From contig NC_043005.1 in the NCBI RefSeq assembly GCF_006345805.1, positions 71,734,001 through 71,798,000 on the forward strand: a stretch of DNA of 64,000 bases, in the 5' to 3' direction. The position numbers and the translations under genes are program-made. Positions 1-13,961 of the stretch are shown here, piece by piece (the first letter of the stretch is position 1; the number at the start of each line of letters is the position of its first letter). This stretch comes from Octopus sinensis. Lineage: Eukaryota. The notes under the pieces were generated by a model. The model was not told where the DNA came from. It made no database searches and saw nothing but the letters and a program-made list of their open reading frames with translations.

Positions 1-97
1 GTCAACTTGTGCTGCAGGGTCTCGGAGGAGTTAGTGTTAGTTGAAGGCTACCAAGCCTGCCATACACAGACAACTTCAGCTTTATATATATAGAGAT
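1..97 (+). mobile_element. 3' end of a non-autonomous Helitron/HINE-like element
   Basis: Near-identical to 25255-25351; ends CAGACAACTTCAGCTTTATATATATAGAGAT. Confidence 0.65.
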
Positions 98-1014
98 TTC
101 TAAAAACATTTTTGCTAACAGGATAATTTATAATCTTCTTGGTGAACAATTTATAATCTTCTTGATCTGGTTATAAATAGTAAATGTATATATCTGACAG
201 ACATGTGCACATATGCAAACATACACACATACATACACACTATGTATATCTAGCATGCATTGTAGAAATTAGCACATCTACTTGACCCATAAATTATTTT
301 GCTACCTGTCTCTATCCCCAGAAGGCTGAAAATCCAAGTTAGCTGCAGTGTGATTTGACCTCAGAATGTAAAGCGCAATCAACAAAATACAGGAATTTTC
401 TCAACACTAGAGCAATTCTCATTTCTTATTAGTTCAGCTTGAATTCTAAATAAATATCACATATGGGTCAGTCTATGGCTATTAGCAACAACACCACTGT
501 ACTTCACTGTCTGGAGTTCTGAGCATAAATAATTTGACTTCTATTTCTAGCATAGCAACTGATGACACAGAGACTCCCCTCATTGGGTCTAGTATGTAAT
601 GTGTGTGCCTATATTCATATATTCATATATATATATATATATGCATGTGTTTGTGTGTTTGATAGATTTACACTTTCTCAAATACTGTTTGATATCTTTT
701 CTGTATTATTCTATGGTTCTGACAGTATTGTCAACGTGAGAAATCATTATTAATGTATTGTTGAAGAATAACCATTCTTACAAAGAAATGAAAATAAGAT
801 GATGTCTATTGCACTTGATGCCAAAGAATATAATACAAAAGGTTTCATTATTTCCTACTCCTCAGTTAACCTATCTATCTTTCTATCTATCTATCTGTCT
901 GTCTGTCTGGCTGGCTGGCTGCCTACCTACCTACCTGCCTACCTACGTACCTACTTACCTATCACTCTATCTATCTAGCTAACTATCTGTCAGTCTGTCT
1001 GTATGTATGTCTGT

Positions 1015-1057
<43 letters not shown>

Positions 1058-1429
1058 TTAGTCTGTGTGGATATATATATTATATATATATATATATAAT
1101 GTATGTATGTATGTGGGAGAATATATGTATGCATGAGAGATTATATACATGGGTATATGTGTGTGTGTGTGTTTCTGCTATGCTTGCATCTATCTATCTA
1201 TCTATCTATCTATCTATATCTATCTATCAATTTACCTATCTACATATTTGCCTAACCATCTATCAATCTGTCATTTTACCTGTTTGTCTATCAATACATC
1301 CATCCATCCATTCACAGATATTCATCCGTCTATGAAGGCAATTCAATGCATTTTAAAGGAATCATTATATCTCTCACTTATTACAGAGGTAGTCTGCAAA
1401 ATTGTCTCATACAAATAATCACTTATTCT

Positions 1430-1700
1430 CACCTGTCCTTCCTGATTGTACAGCATACGCATAGTTCAATGTTGCTGCTGTTTTGTCCATGCTTCATCTT
1501 CACTCAGTTATTCTGTCACATCCTCTAATTATCTCAATTACTTTATCTGTCCATTTTTCTGCCAACAAGATGCCAACCCAATGTTGTTCCCAACTCAGAA
1601 GGTTTAATACCTGTGTTTATTATTATCTAAAAAGAGACTAGCAGAGGCTCCCATGTCATTTTTCCACAGCATACATCTTCTTCTATTGTATTCCATTGTC
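1430..1700 (-). mobile_element. Decayed RTE-clade LINE, AP-endonuclease fragment
   Basis: Reverse strand translates VGILLAEKWTDKVIEIIRGCDRI followed by an AYA-like motif, with stops. Confidence 0.6.
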
Positions 1701-1814
1701 CCTGCTAACCTGTAGTTTTCTTACCTGAAAGGATAAGAGGATCTTCTTGTGCTGGGTGGGTTGCATGATACATATGAAAGGAAGAAAACTGATGACCAAA
1801 GGGCGAATCTACCA

Positions 1815-2140
1815 GGTATCCTCCTCTATGGTTGTGAAACATGGCCTATGAGGGTAGTCGATCAGCGAAGGCTGGAGGTGTTCGACAATGACTGTCTCCA
1901 CCGCTTTATTCGCTGGCGACGCATTGATCGGGTTCCTACAGCCGGTCTTGTCGTCGCCTGAATCTCCGGCCTCTCCCTTTGGTGCTTCTGCAACAGCACT
2001 TAAGGTGGTTCAGTCATGCGGCCCAGCATCCAGAGGGTGAGCTGATTCGCAATGTCCTCCTCCCACCTCCACTTCCCAACTGGCACAACACACGGGCGAA
2101 CAGCTGAAAACCTGGGCAATGATGATAAAGGAGGACCACA
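1815..2140 (+). mobile_element. RTE-clade LINE fragment (RT C-terminal region)
   Basis: ILLYGCETWPMRVVDQRRLEVFDNDCL...LRWFSHAAQHPEGELIRNVLLP with frameshifts; YGCETW and LRWFGH motifs are typical of RTE. Confidence 0.85.
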
Positions 2141-2291
2141 CAGCCATTGTGGTAGTTTTTATTAAGAGTTGTTGCTCTCTTAAGTAGGTTGTTCTGATTG
2201 TGCCTTGCAGAGTCCACATCTACCCTGTATTGAAATTTATTCACTATGACTGTTCTCTTTATTGATGTAGAGTCCTATCTTCACTGGAATA

Positions 2292-2526
2292 CCTATTTCT
2301 TTACTACCCACAAGTGGCTAAACACAGAGAGGACAAACAAGGACAGACAAACGGATTAAGTTGATTATATCAACCCCAGTGCGTAACAGGTACTTACTTA
2401 ATCGACCCCGAAAGGATGAAAGACAAAGTCGACCTCGGCGGAATATGAACTCAGAACATAGCAGCAGACGAAATACTGCTAAGCATTTCGTCCGGCGTGC
2501 TAACATTTATGCCAGCTTGCTGCCTT
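2292..2526 (-). mobile_element. tRNA-derived SINE, family A
   Basis: Head GGCGGCGAGCTGGCAGAAACGTTAGC-like with B-box GAGTTCAAATTCC-like; body GCCTTTCATCCTTTCGGGGTCGAT; matches copies at 49485, 59055 and 59880. Confidence 0.85.
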
Positions 2527-2753
2527 GTAGAATACCAGTGAGTGGGATAGGTAGGATAAGGGTGGTTGGATGTGATTGTTATGGCATGATGTAAAGACAG
2601 GAAGATGGGGTCCCCATACTACTTACTGAACATATGTGATTGTCAAGAAGAGTACAACAGTTAAGACTTACCAGTAAACCTCAGAGAGATAGAGAACATG
2701 ATATGGAAGGGGAAAAATGGAAATGGCTTACAGGAGATACAGCTGTGTATATA

Positions 2754-2813
<60 letters not shown>

Positions 2814-3204
2814 TGGATGGTTTGCAGACAATAAGAAATACTAATGAATATATAACTAATAATGACAATAGGACAATAATCAGAAGGTGTCTTTTATTGT
2901 GACCATATTGAAATATCTCACATAAAACATAGCAGTAAATCTCTTTATACGGAAACTAATAAAGGGAAGTGAAATGATGGGAGATGAAGTGAAAGAGATA
3001 CAGTGATAAAGAAAGAGAGAAAGAGATATGATAATTTATTCATTTAGCTTAACGATCTGTCACTTTCATGAGTTGCAGAATTGAATAAGGTTGATTGCCT
3101 GAATAAATGGATCTTCAGTTGAAGGCCCCCACCGAAGGAAATTGTGAGAGAGAGAAATGATAGATGTGTTATGTTCAAAACTGATGACAAGTAACTATGT
3201 TTTA

Positions 3205-3410
3205 TCTTTTGTTTGCTTCAGTCATTGGACTGTGGCCATGCTGGGGTACCACCTCGTAGTGTTTTAGTCGAACAGATTGATCTCAGTATTTATTTTACAG
3301 TCTTGATACTTGTTCTTTCGGTCACTTTTAGTGAATTGCTAATTCATGGGGAGGTAAATAAACCAACACTGGGTGATGGTGGGCAAACACAAACAGAAAG
3401 ACACTCTCTC
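3205..3410 (-). mobile_element. SINE family B, 3' half
   Basis: Matches the tail of 7650-8045 and 51630-52035. Confidence 0.7.
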
Positions 3411-3454
3411 TCTCTCTCACACCCACCCACACACACACACACATATAGTGTTGG

Positions 3455-3881
3455 CCCTTCAAGATCAGTTCATGAATTTTAGTGATTTCTGCTTTTGTTC
3501 AGGTGCTCAACAATCGCCCTGAACGAGGTTGCTCTTCAAGCAACAAGTAACCATTCTTAAAGCATGAAAACCACTTGTAAACTTGTGTTTTGCTCATGGC
3601 AGCATCCTTGTAAGCTGTTAGAAGCATGACAACTATTTCAGCAGCCATTTTCTCCAGCAGAAAACAGAATTTCATGGAAGCATACTGTTCCTTCATTTCA
3701 GCCATTGCAAAAATCAATGAACAGGAGAAGCACTGAAAAACAAAGATGTACCATGTGGCAACACAACCTCCCTATCCACCACCAATCAGCAGACTGACGC
3801 TTCAGGATCACATTAAGCCTGACCTACAATGGGCTTGTCCCACAGAGAACGTTTCCAATTTCTTTTGGGTACTCCCTCATA
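3455..3881 (-). mobile_element. Mariner (Tc1/mariner) transposon 5' fragment
   Basis: ORF 3499..3717 EQYASMKFCFLLEKMAAEIVVMLLTAYKDAAMSKTQVYKWFSCFKNG...PRSGR is a mariner transposase N-terminus; TIR-like TA|TGAGGGAGTACCCAAAAG at 3862-3881 (minus strand). Confidence 0.85.
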
Positions 3882-4020
3882 TATCTATTTAATTATATAT
3901 ATATATATATTTAAATTTAAAATAATAAGGACGAAAAGTTGAATATTAATTTGATAAATATATCAATTTAAAACCAGTGGTGTAGCATATAGAAAAATTT
4001 GAAGATCCAGAAAAATTACA

Positions 4021-4271
4021 TTACATACATATAAAAGGGATGACTGCAAAGTGGACATCCATTATGCTAGAAGTCGATCCCCTATGGTCTTACCACTAAG
4101 AAAGGAATGTTCTCAAGAAAATTTAGCAAACACCAGAATGTAAGCGAGCAAGACAAATGAAAAGATACAAAATACACAAAAACATTTCTTTCTTAGTGGT
4201 AAGACCATAGGAGGTCGACTTCTAGCATAATGGATGTCCACTTAGTGGTCATCCCTCTTATATGTATGTAA
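4021..4271. repeat. Fold-back element: 91-bp inverted arms with 69-bp spacer
   Basis: 4021-4111 is the reverse complement of 4181-4271 with about 7 mismatches. Confidence 0.9.
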
Positions 4272-4849
4272 TATATATATATACGTGCATATGTAAGCTT
4301 TGGTCAACCCAAGGGCAACAGAAGAAGATAATTGCCTAAGGTGCTACACTGTGGAGCTAAACCTAAAGACACATGATTGCCAAGAGAGCTTCTTAACCAC
4401 ACTGCCATGCCTGGATATGCTATGTTAAAATAAAGACTGAAATTGTCAGAAACTAGTGATGGGATCTGACAGTTGGTTATGCAATTTCATGCCAGCTGAG
4501 GGGAATACAAAGTCTATTGTCATGAAGATATATTGCGCTTAATAGTTTGAGGAATAAGCAAATTTCTACAAATTTTAAAATTAATCTTGACATATTTTCT
4601 AAATATACATCTGAAATAAACTCTCATATAACATAATTATTTAGCTTAGCTTTCATTTTGTAAGACTATATATATGTGTACATGTAAACATATATGTGTA
4701 TATGCATGTGTTTGTGTCAGTGTATATATATATATATATATATAATATATATATATATACATATATATATATATGTGTGTGTGTGTGAGTGTCTATACAT
4801 ATTTATATATATATATATTTACATTTACATGTATGTATATGTGTGTGTC

Positions 4850-5016
4850 TATATATATGCATTCATATATATATATATATTATATATATATATACATACA
4901 CATTTATATGTATAAATATGTGTGTACAGACACTTGCCTACATATATATATATATAATATATATATATATGAATTTATATGTATAAATATGTGTGTAGAC
5001 ACTCGCCTACATATAA

Positions 5017-5062
<46 letters not shown>

Positions 5063-5146
5063 TATATGTATGAATTTATATGTATAAATATGTGTGTACA
5101 GACACTCGCCTACATATAACCATATATATATATATATATATATATA
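4850..5146. repeat. Compound minisatellite (about 3 units with variable (TA)n core)
   Basis: Unit atttatatgtataaatatgtgtgtacagacact(t/c)gcctacatata recurs near 4903, 4973 and 5073. Confidence 0.85.
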
Positions 5147-5559
5147 CACTGTCTTGCACAGACATGCAGTGTTCTAAATTATCAGTTTCTATTTAATATA
5201 GGCAACGATAAATGCTGTGCTCATACTTTATTATAGAGCATAGTAAATATGATAGTTAATAACTTAAGTTGTTCAATTAGTGAGGATTGTTCATAGCGAA
5301 AGAGAAAAAGCAGGGGAAGGAAAAAACCTGGACACATGTAATGTAGATAAGTGGATGACTTTCAGAATATCTGTCTTCATGACACACATATACAAGACAT
5401 GGAAAGACAATCATACACAGATATACATATAAACACACAGTTATATATATATATGTATATACATACATATATGCACATACATACATACAAATATATATAC
5501 ACACTCACATAACATATATGATATGAATGTATGTTTTGGGGTCTTGTATATGCAGGTTG

Positions 5560-6290
5560 TGGTGCATTTGTAAGCTGATTGTGCAGTGCTGAAAAGTTTG
5601 CAGCATTAAACTGCATGTTGCTTTGTGCATCCTACTTGTGTATTACATTTAGGTTCCACTTGAAGCTTGTTACATCAGGTTTCTTTATCACCTGTGATAT
5701 AATTTTGTATCATCAGTGTAACTAGTGACAGTCGCTGTTTGAGTGACCATGTGCATATGTAAGGGAGCTACTAAAAGCAGCAGTAATGGGTCCAGGACCC
5801 TTCCTTGGAGGACTTAACTCAGAATTTGTATTTCCCTAGAGAGGGCAATATTGGCTGAAACTGCCTCACTTCTATCTTCTAAGAAGTTATGTAGCCAGTG
5901 CCCTTGCTTACCAGCTATATTCACATTTCACAGCTTTTTTCATATCATGCTATGACACCCTCATGCCCAAGGTCTTTGCAATGTCAAGATATACCCCATG
6001 AATATTTGAATGGCTAAGCAGCTGCTTCAAAACCCAGTAGTAGAGTTGTATTCCATGTGGAAACCATACTAGGTATTGCTAAGTAAGTCATTTTCTTCTA
6101 GGAGCATTATCAGTTTCCATCAGGCAAATAGTTCCATTGATTTTACTGATATGTGAAGTTGGACAGATGGGCCTGTAGTTTTTAGTCACTGCTCTAACAA
6201 GGTATATGATGAATTCTTTTAGCTTTTAAGGAATTCACTACTTGCAAGGAAACTCTGGGAAAGTATCTGAAGTGGTTTTGCTAAAGCCTA
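5560..6290 (-). mobile_element. Decayed CR1-group LINE reverse transcriptase
   Basis: Reverse strand: KNYRPICPTSHISK, VYLDIAK, WLHNFLEDRS, VLQGRVLDPLL, SYTDDTK (YADD-like); many stops. Confidence 0.8.
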
Positions 6291-7649
6291 CATACATACA
6301 TACATAAATATGTATGTGTGTGTGTATATATATATATATACATACACACACACATTCATACATACATATATATGCACACATAGCTACAAACACACATATG
6401 CACACACCGAAATGTGTATATATATATATACATACATATATATATATATATAAATGTATGTTTATGTATGTGTTTGTAAGTATGTATATGTGTATATATA
6501 TCTATATATATATATAAAGTCTGTGCACACTTGTTCATGTATGTATGCATGTACATATTCAGATGCATACATACATACACACAGACATTCATTGCAAACA
6601 GGAATTTATATGAAACACATGAAGCATATGAAGCATAGACAAAAATATGGAAATATTCGTACATTATATTCTGAACCACATCAGCATATATTGATCAAAA
6701 ATAATAACAATTATTAGAAAAAGAAGGCAGAATGTGCAAGTGAAGAATTTTGCAGAGTAATTCTAGACTAGTTCCAGGAAGATACGTTTCTTATATTCCT
6801 AATATATTTCGCTCATAATCAATTAAATCATTGTAATATTCTCTCCTCCCACTATCACCACCACCACCATATACCATCATCTCTTTGTTCTCTCACTACT
6901 ACTACTACTATTACTACTACTACTCCGTTCTTCCCCACTTTCCACTTTTTGTCTGTCTGTATTTGTCATCAGAACGTAATTATTACATCTGGTTGCTTGC
7001 TTTGTCTATTGGCTTATTTATTTTTATACATATAATTGGTTGTATTTTGTTTTTAATTTTGGTTTTAGTTTTACATTCAAATTTTCCAGATTAATTAATT
7101 TATCATTAAGGTAGGATTGTTCAAAGAATTCGCTTACACATACAAATGGTTTCTTACAAAGACAACATTTCTAGAATTTGCGAGCGAGTGCAGAGCGGAA
7201 CTGTCAATTATATTGATTCCACTATTTCACTAGTACTTTCTTTGATCAACCACAGAAAAAAATAAAATAAAATAAAGACATCCTGAGCAAGGTTTGAACT
7301 CAAAATATAAACAGCAGTACCTAAATACTGCAAAGCATTTTGTCTGACTCTCAAATAATTCTACCAATCCCATACGCCTAATATGAGATGTGTGTATTAT
7401 TTGTGTGTATTTAAATATATGTATATCCTTTAAGTTTGTTTATGGGAAACGTTTGTAAATGCAATCATAAAAAGCTCCTATGCTATTTATTCTGTCTACC
7501 ACTCATTATTCCTCTCTTTCAAAGAAATTTCATGGAATGGTAATTAGTCTGGTGCTGCTATAGTGTAGAATGAATGTAGTAATAATGAGAACTTTTGGAT
7601 GGAAATTCATAAATCCTTTAATGTATTACTATGTACATTTCCACATGGT

Positions 7650-8045
7650 GCAGGAGTGGCAGTGTGGTAAGTAGCTTGCTTACCAACCGGGTTTCGGGTT
7701 CATTCCCACTGCATGGCACCTTGAGCAAGTGTCTTCTACTATAGCTTCGGGCCAACCAAAGCCTTGTCAGTGGATTTGATAGGTGGAAACTGAAAGAAAC
7801 CCATCGTATATATGTATATATATGTATGTATGGTGTGTGTGTGTGTGTGTGTTTGTCCCCACAACATTGCTTGACAACCAATGCTGGTGTGTTTACGTCC
7901 CCGTAACTTAGCAGTTCGGCAAAAGAGACCGATAGAATAAGTACAAGGCTTTCAAAGAATAAGTCCTGGGATCGATTTGCTCGACTAAAGACGGTGCTCT
8001 AGCATGGCCAGTCAAATGACTGAAACAAGTAACAGAGTAAAAGTA
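7650..8045 (+). mobile_element. SINE family B, full length (CORE-like tRNA SINE with internal microsatellite)
   Basis: tRNA-like head CAGGAGTGGCAGTGTGG...GGTTCATTCCC, CACCTTGAGCAAGTGTCTT CORE-like block, (TA)/(TG) middle, tail ACTGAAACAAGTAA; many copies in the window. Confidence 0.85.
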
Positions 8046-8619
8046 TGTTATTTGTGGAAACATATGTAGCAATGCGTTAAAGGATTTATGAATTTCCATC
8101 CAAAATTTCTTGTTATTACTAAATATATACATATGTGTGTGGGTGAAGACACATGGTCTGATGGTTAGACATTTGCATTCAGGATCACTAGACGGTGTGT
8201 TTGACACCAAATAATAAATGTTTAAGTGAAGTTAAAAGTTTTTCTCTGATATGTTTTTGCTAATCTGTCTTCAATGCTAAAATTGTTATATGTCTATATG
8301 AGTATGTGCTTGTATGAAGGTTTGTGGCTAGGATATTACAGTTGTGGCTAGGATATTACAGTTATGATGACAATATCATGGTTTCAATTCCTAGACTACC
8401 TGTGCCAATAATGTTGAGGTGGGGGAGTCAATCAATTATATCAACTCCAATACTCAAATGCTATTTATTTATTTTATTGATCACAAAAAGATGAAAGTCA
8501 AAGTCAACCTCAACAGCATTTAAACAGAAAATGTAAGAACATATATTAAGCATTTTTCCCAGTGTGCTAACGATTCTAACAGCAACAACTTTTATTATTA
8601 TTGTTGTTGTTGAGTTACA

Positions 8620-9140
8620 GAGCAGTGCATACCATCGAAGTGACACTGAAGTACAAATATATGAAGCCCAATACACCCATCATGGCTACGTGTCTGATAA
8701 GAGTATAACAGGTACATGCATCACAACCATATGTGTGTAACATAGTGATCTCATATCAAGATAAGCAATGCATGACCTTGTAGGAGGTGCCCAGTTAGAA
8801 TTTTCTTCAGATTGAGTAGCCCATCCACCTCAAAAGGTCCCTGAATAAGGTTTGTTTAAGGATGATAAAAAAAACACCCATGTTTCCTGAGGTGAATTAT
8901 CCAAACCCCAAAGAATTCCTTTCAACACATGGCTATGATGCACCCCCACTACTTCTGCTTGTGGTCAGAGATGCATGTATTGTCAGCCACTAAGGGACAT
9001 GCTCAGCTGGTTATGGTCAAACAACTGACAAGCAAATCTGTGGTATTGAGCAAAATATTTGCTGTAGTCCATCTTTTATTCCAAGACATATTATTATTAT
9101 TATTGTTGTTATTATTATGATTATTATTATTATTATTATT
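8620..9140 (+). mobile_element. Unclassified interspersed repeat / retroposon 3' end with (TTA)n tail
   Basis: Relatively GC-rich non-coding block ending in a (TTA)n tail; single copy here, so classification is inferred. Confidence 0.3.
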
Positions 9141-9318
9141 ATTATTTGCAACAGAAACACTATTAATACCAAAGGATAATATTTATCTTCACTTAAAAGT
9201 GGATTTGTCTTAGAACACAAATCACAGTATTTTGTGTTCCAATATAACATCCACTTTTAAGTTGGCATGAATAATAGTAATAATAATGATAATGATGATA
9301 GTAATAATAGCAATGATA

Positions 9319-9377
<59 letters not shown>

Positions 9378-10067
9378 TTGTCGATGTGAGAACTGTTTCT
9401 GCTCATGTATTTTAATTTAACTTGAAAAAAAAAAAAAAAAATGAACGAACTACTGAGTTTGGTTTAATGGCCTACCAATGTATACTATGAGTTTCTTTGC
9501 CCTAGGAGTCGGGAAGACACTCGGCAAGAAATGGAAGCAAATTTGAAAGAAGAAAAAAAAAAGTAATAATAATAATAATAATACCCTAATTTCATGTATA
9601 AAGATAGCTTTTTCAGCCTAGCATGAATATTGTGCCATTTTTGGTCCGATTTCTATCACTGAACTGATTTGTGATTATTTCGGTGAGTCTCTTGGAAAAA
9701 AAAGAAATGCTTAACAGTTATAGAGATTTTCATTGCCAACTCAATTATATAATTTATATAACTTTGCTAAAACTAGAAAAAAATTCAAGGAAAAACTAAT
9801 TCCATTGTTTGCCTGCAGTAAATACGTTGGCATCGGTGTTGTTGTTGTAGCTGTTGTTATGCTTATTTTAGTCCTTCTTTCTGCAGATATTGTCGTTAGA
9901 AATTTTGGGGTTCTTTTTTTTTTTATTAAAAAATTTTGTTTTTTGTTATTTGGCCAAAGTATCAAATAGATTAATAATTTGTTTTTGTCTTTCTTTTCAC
10001 TTATAGAATGAGGATGGTGATGATGATCATGGTCATCATCATAATAATAATAATAATAATAGTGATG

Positions 10068-10121
<54 letters not shown>

Positions 10122-11106
10122 GTGAGGTAGAAAATGATAAAATGAGATTCTATACATTCTTTATGATGATGGTGATGATGATGACGACGACAACCATGAC
10201 GATGATTTATGGTGATATTTGTTGAATGATGATTGTTTAGTTATGAGAATAAGGACAGTAACTTTTCAATAATGATAAGGTGATTTTTCAATCCTGATTA
10301 TGGCAGAAATAGTGGTGGTGGTGGTGGTGGCAGTAGCGGTGGTGGCGGCAGCGGTGGTGGTGGTGGTGGTAGTGTTAGTAGTGGTGGTGGGGTTCATCTT
10401 CATTGATATCAACTTGTTAATAGTCATGGCTATGGCTGAAAATACTAAAATAAGTAATAAGCAAAAAAAAAAAAAAATTAAAACAGAAATACAAAAATAT
10501 CTAAAAATAAATACAATTTATATTTAGTGTCTTTTTTTTTTTATTTAATAATTCATTTATATTATTTTTATTCTCTCTCCTTTCTTACATTTTATCAACT
10601 TCTTTCAATTATTTCCTTCCTTGCAGCCCTTAATCTCTTAAAGATTTTTTAAAACATTTTCGTGTCAGTAAATCATTCCTTATTTTGACCAACAGTTATG
10701 GAGTTATTTTATCAATTTTGCAATTTCTTTACACATTTATTGAAGATGTCTCTTTTTTTCCCCACTTTCTTTCTTTATATATTTTTGCTGTTGCCTTCCT
10801 CTTCTAAATGAAACATCATTCAAGACATCCTTATAAGTTAATCAATACAGATATTATCATTAAAAATATAGGAAGATAAAAAAAAAAGTGCAAGAGGTTT
10901 GTGGGAGGGGAAGATGCTATTTGGAGTTGAGAAAGAGTTGCTGTCAGTCTCTGCAACATGCTAAAAATGATAGATATTGCTCGGGTACAAACTGCTATGT
11001 TATAAATGGAAATATTGACAAGCCTGTCAAAACACAGACAAACTTACATGTACATATTGCACTTAAATAGACAAGCACACAATCATACATATTTTAATGA
11101 AATATG

Positions 11107-11145
<39 letters not shown>

Positions 11146-11323
11146 TACACACAGGTAAACATATATAATCACAGATATAAACATATATAATCAGTGTGAA
11201 AAATTGATAATTATGGACAACAGGTTCAAAACACAAACCTTCACTACCAAAATTCACAAATTTACATTTCTATCTGTATTCATTGGAGTATTTAGTTAAT
11301 GTTGCTAAGTGTTTAAATTGATA

Positions 11324-11833
11324 ACTAGAACTATGACCCAACGTTGCCGGGTTTAGTGCTAGTGCTTGTTGTTTGTTACCGGGTCGCAGTAAAAATTTTT
11401 CACTAAATCAAGAGCTAAGTTTCTTATCACATTTCAGCCCGGGCCAGTTTTGATGTTTATGAGCTAGTTGGAGCTTTTTATGAGAGTAATTAATATTCAT
11501 TGGACTTTGGTTTTCACACCTGGAATGGCATAATCATGGAAAATTAGCGGGACTGTGCACATGTCATTAGTCAGGCAAAAAAGGAGGCAGAAGAAAGCGA
11601 AAAACTTGATTTTGGCCGCAAAATAACTTATGGGCATAAGGGGTCGGTTTATCGATTTTTTTAATGGCTTTCTGGGGTGACTGGGGAAATGAAAAGATCT
11701 TCACGACCACCCTCAGACAGTTTTGATAACCCATAGAAAATGCAAGCCTTTTACGTGAAAAACTGTGGATTTGTATAAAGGACACACAGACACACAGATT
11801 CACAGACATTTTGCCATTTATAGATATAGAGAT
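11324..11833 (+). mobile_element. Non-autonomous Helitron/HINE-like element, second family
   Basis: 5' ACTAGAACTATGACCCAACGTTGCCGGG and 3' ACAGACATTTTGCCATTTATAGATATAGAGAT mirror the termini of 24957-25351, with an unrelated interior. Confidence 0.6.
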
Positions 11834-12164
11834 ATGAAAAGGTTGGGGCTTTTCAGGCAAAGAAAACTATCATTCATGTGAAGATCCTTAGTGGTCAGTT
11901 TGTACAAGGGAGATAATCATCTCATCATAATATTTGATGGGATTAGATGTTTGAATTTGAAACTAATGTACAAGCAAGATGAAGCATAAATTCAGTTAGT
12001 AAGAAGAGCAGTGTAGATATGTATCACTTTTCCAAAATTCAGCGTGTAATATTTTACTGGCAAGGATATCAAGTTTCACAAATTAAACTTTTTTTGCTAG
12101 AAAACAGTTTTAAGGAAAATTGGATGCTTAAACAAGGGATAATATATAAATATGTATATATGTA

Positions 12165-12211
<47 letters not shown>

Positions 12212-12420
12212 GTATTTGCTAGTAGGCTGTGAATTATGTGTGGTTGATAATGTTTATTACACTAGAACTGCTTCTTACAACTAGTGGGGTAAGAAACTTG
12301 CTTCCCAATTACATGGGTCTGGGTTCAATACCACTGCATGGCATCTTCTATTATAGCCTCGGGCCTTGTGCATGGATTTAGGAGACAGAAACTGAAAGAA
12401 GCCAGATTGTAAGTCTGTGT

Positions 12421-12466
<46 letters not shown>

Positions 12467-12729
12467 TGTTAAAGTCTTTAGATTAATAGATATAAGGTTA
12501 AGGAATTTTTGTTCCAACTCTCTGCAATCCAGGTTCAACTCCAAATAAGATAAACTTTGGTTTTCATCCTTTCAAGATCAATAAAATACTTTCTCATGTG
12601 GTGATGCAAGTGTATGCGTGCGTGTGTGTGTGTATGCATGCGTATGCGTGCGTGTGTGTATAGGGGTCTAATGGATATCTGCTCATGACTACTCATTTAA
12701 AAACACTAGAGCAGGCATGGTTGGTAGAT

Positions 12730-12791
12730 TCAGATATCAAATCGTTCTTCATTATGAGTGACAGGAAAATATCTTATATTCAATGCATAAC
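12730..12791 (-). CDS. Terminal coding exon (coding part) of the same gene
   Basis: Strong acceptor cttttaacatctgtttttcag|GT TAT GCA...GAT ATC TGA gives (G)YALNIRYFPVTHNEERFDI*; phase matches the previous exon. Confidence 0.7.
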
Positions 12792-12942
12792 CTGAAAAAC
12801 AGATGTTAAAAGTTAACAAGGATGATGATGATGATGATATACATACATATGTATGTATATATGTGTATATATATATGTATATATAATATGTTTATATGTA
12901 AGTCATTGAAATAATATATAATACTAAATGTATATGTATGTA

Positions 12943-13019
<77 letters not shown>

Positions 13020-13159
13020 TATATAATATGTATTATATATATTAATGTTTGTTTTATGTATGGTTCTGTATAACAGCAGTCAGATATTAATTGAAGGATC
13101 ACTTAATACCTTTCAGTATAGTATTATATTTTGTCTTTACAAGGAAAAGGTTGAAGGTT

Positions 13160-13230
13160 GCTTCAATGTTTTGGTTTAATGGCCTTCATCAGACAGTCTG
13201 ACGAAGGTAACTAAGCCAAAAACACAAAAC
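13160..13230. ncRNA. Back-to-back pair of decayed hammerhead ribozyme motifs (Penelope-like remnant)
   Basis: Palindrome ccttcatcagac-a-gtctgacgaagg (13183-13207); plus strand CTGACGA-aggtaactaagcc-AAAA, minus strand CTGATGA-aggccattaaacc-AAAAC. Confidence 0.5.
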
Positions 13231-13310
13231 ATATAAATACTTATATACATAGCAACATAGATTAAATCATTGTCAGCATCATGATTTAACTTTCACTTTT
13301 CCATGCTTAC

Positions 13311-13370
<60 letters not shown>

Positions 13371-13905
13371 CATATATATACATATATATATTCATATACA
13401 CACACATATATACATATATATACATGTATGTGTGAATACACACACACACACATATATATATATATACACATATATACATATGCCTGTGTGTGTATGTATG
13501 TGTTGCATACACTCTATATATATGTGCAATAAATACATTATATATACATGCATATAATATATGTATGTAATATATGTATATATATATATATTATATATAT
13601 ATATATATATTACATATATAGAGACACTATATATATATATGTGTATATATGTATATATAGAACATCAATTCATGGGTATATTTATGTCTGATATATATAT
13701 ATATGTATTGCCATGATAGATCGTTAACCACTACGCACATTTTTCTCTCTCCTTGTTTCTCTCCTTGTTTTTTCTGTGTCCCTTTCTGCAGAAGAGCGTA
13801 GGCTCGAAACGCAAAAGACTTTTTTCTATCCGTGAATGTTATACTAATACATCTGTTTGTTTTGTACACCACCTGTCTTCATCTTTTCTTTTTTTCATAA
13901 ATTCT

Positions 13906-13961
<56 letters not shown>

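Noticed and set aside
1704-1745. Minus-strand cctttcag|GTAAGAAAACTACAG|gttagc: possible 15-nt microexon or ratchet site
   Set aside because: Lies at the junction of two RTE remnants and downstream of the inferred gene's stop codon; chance is likely.
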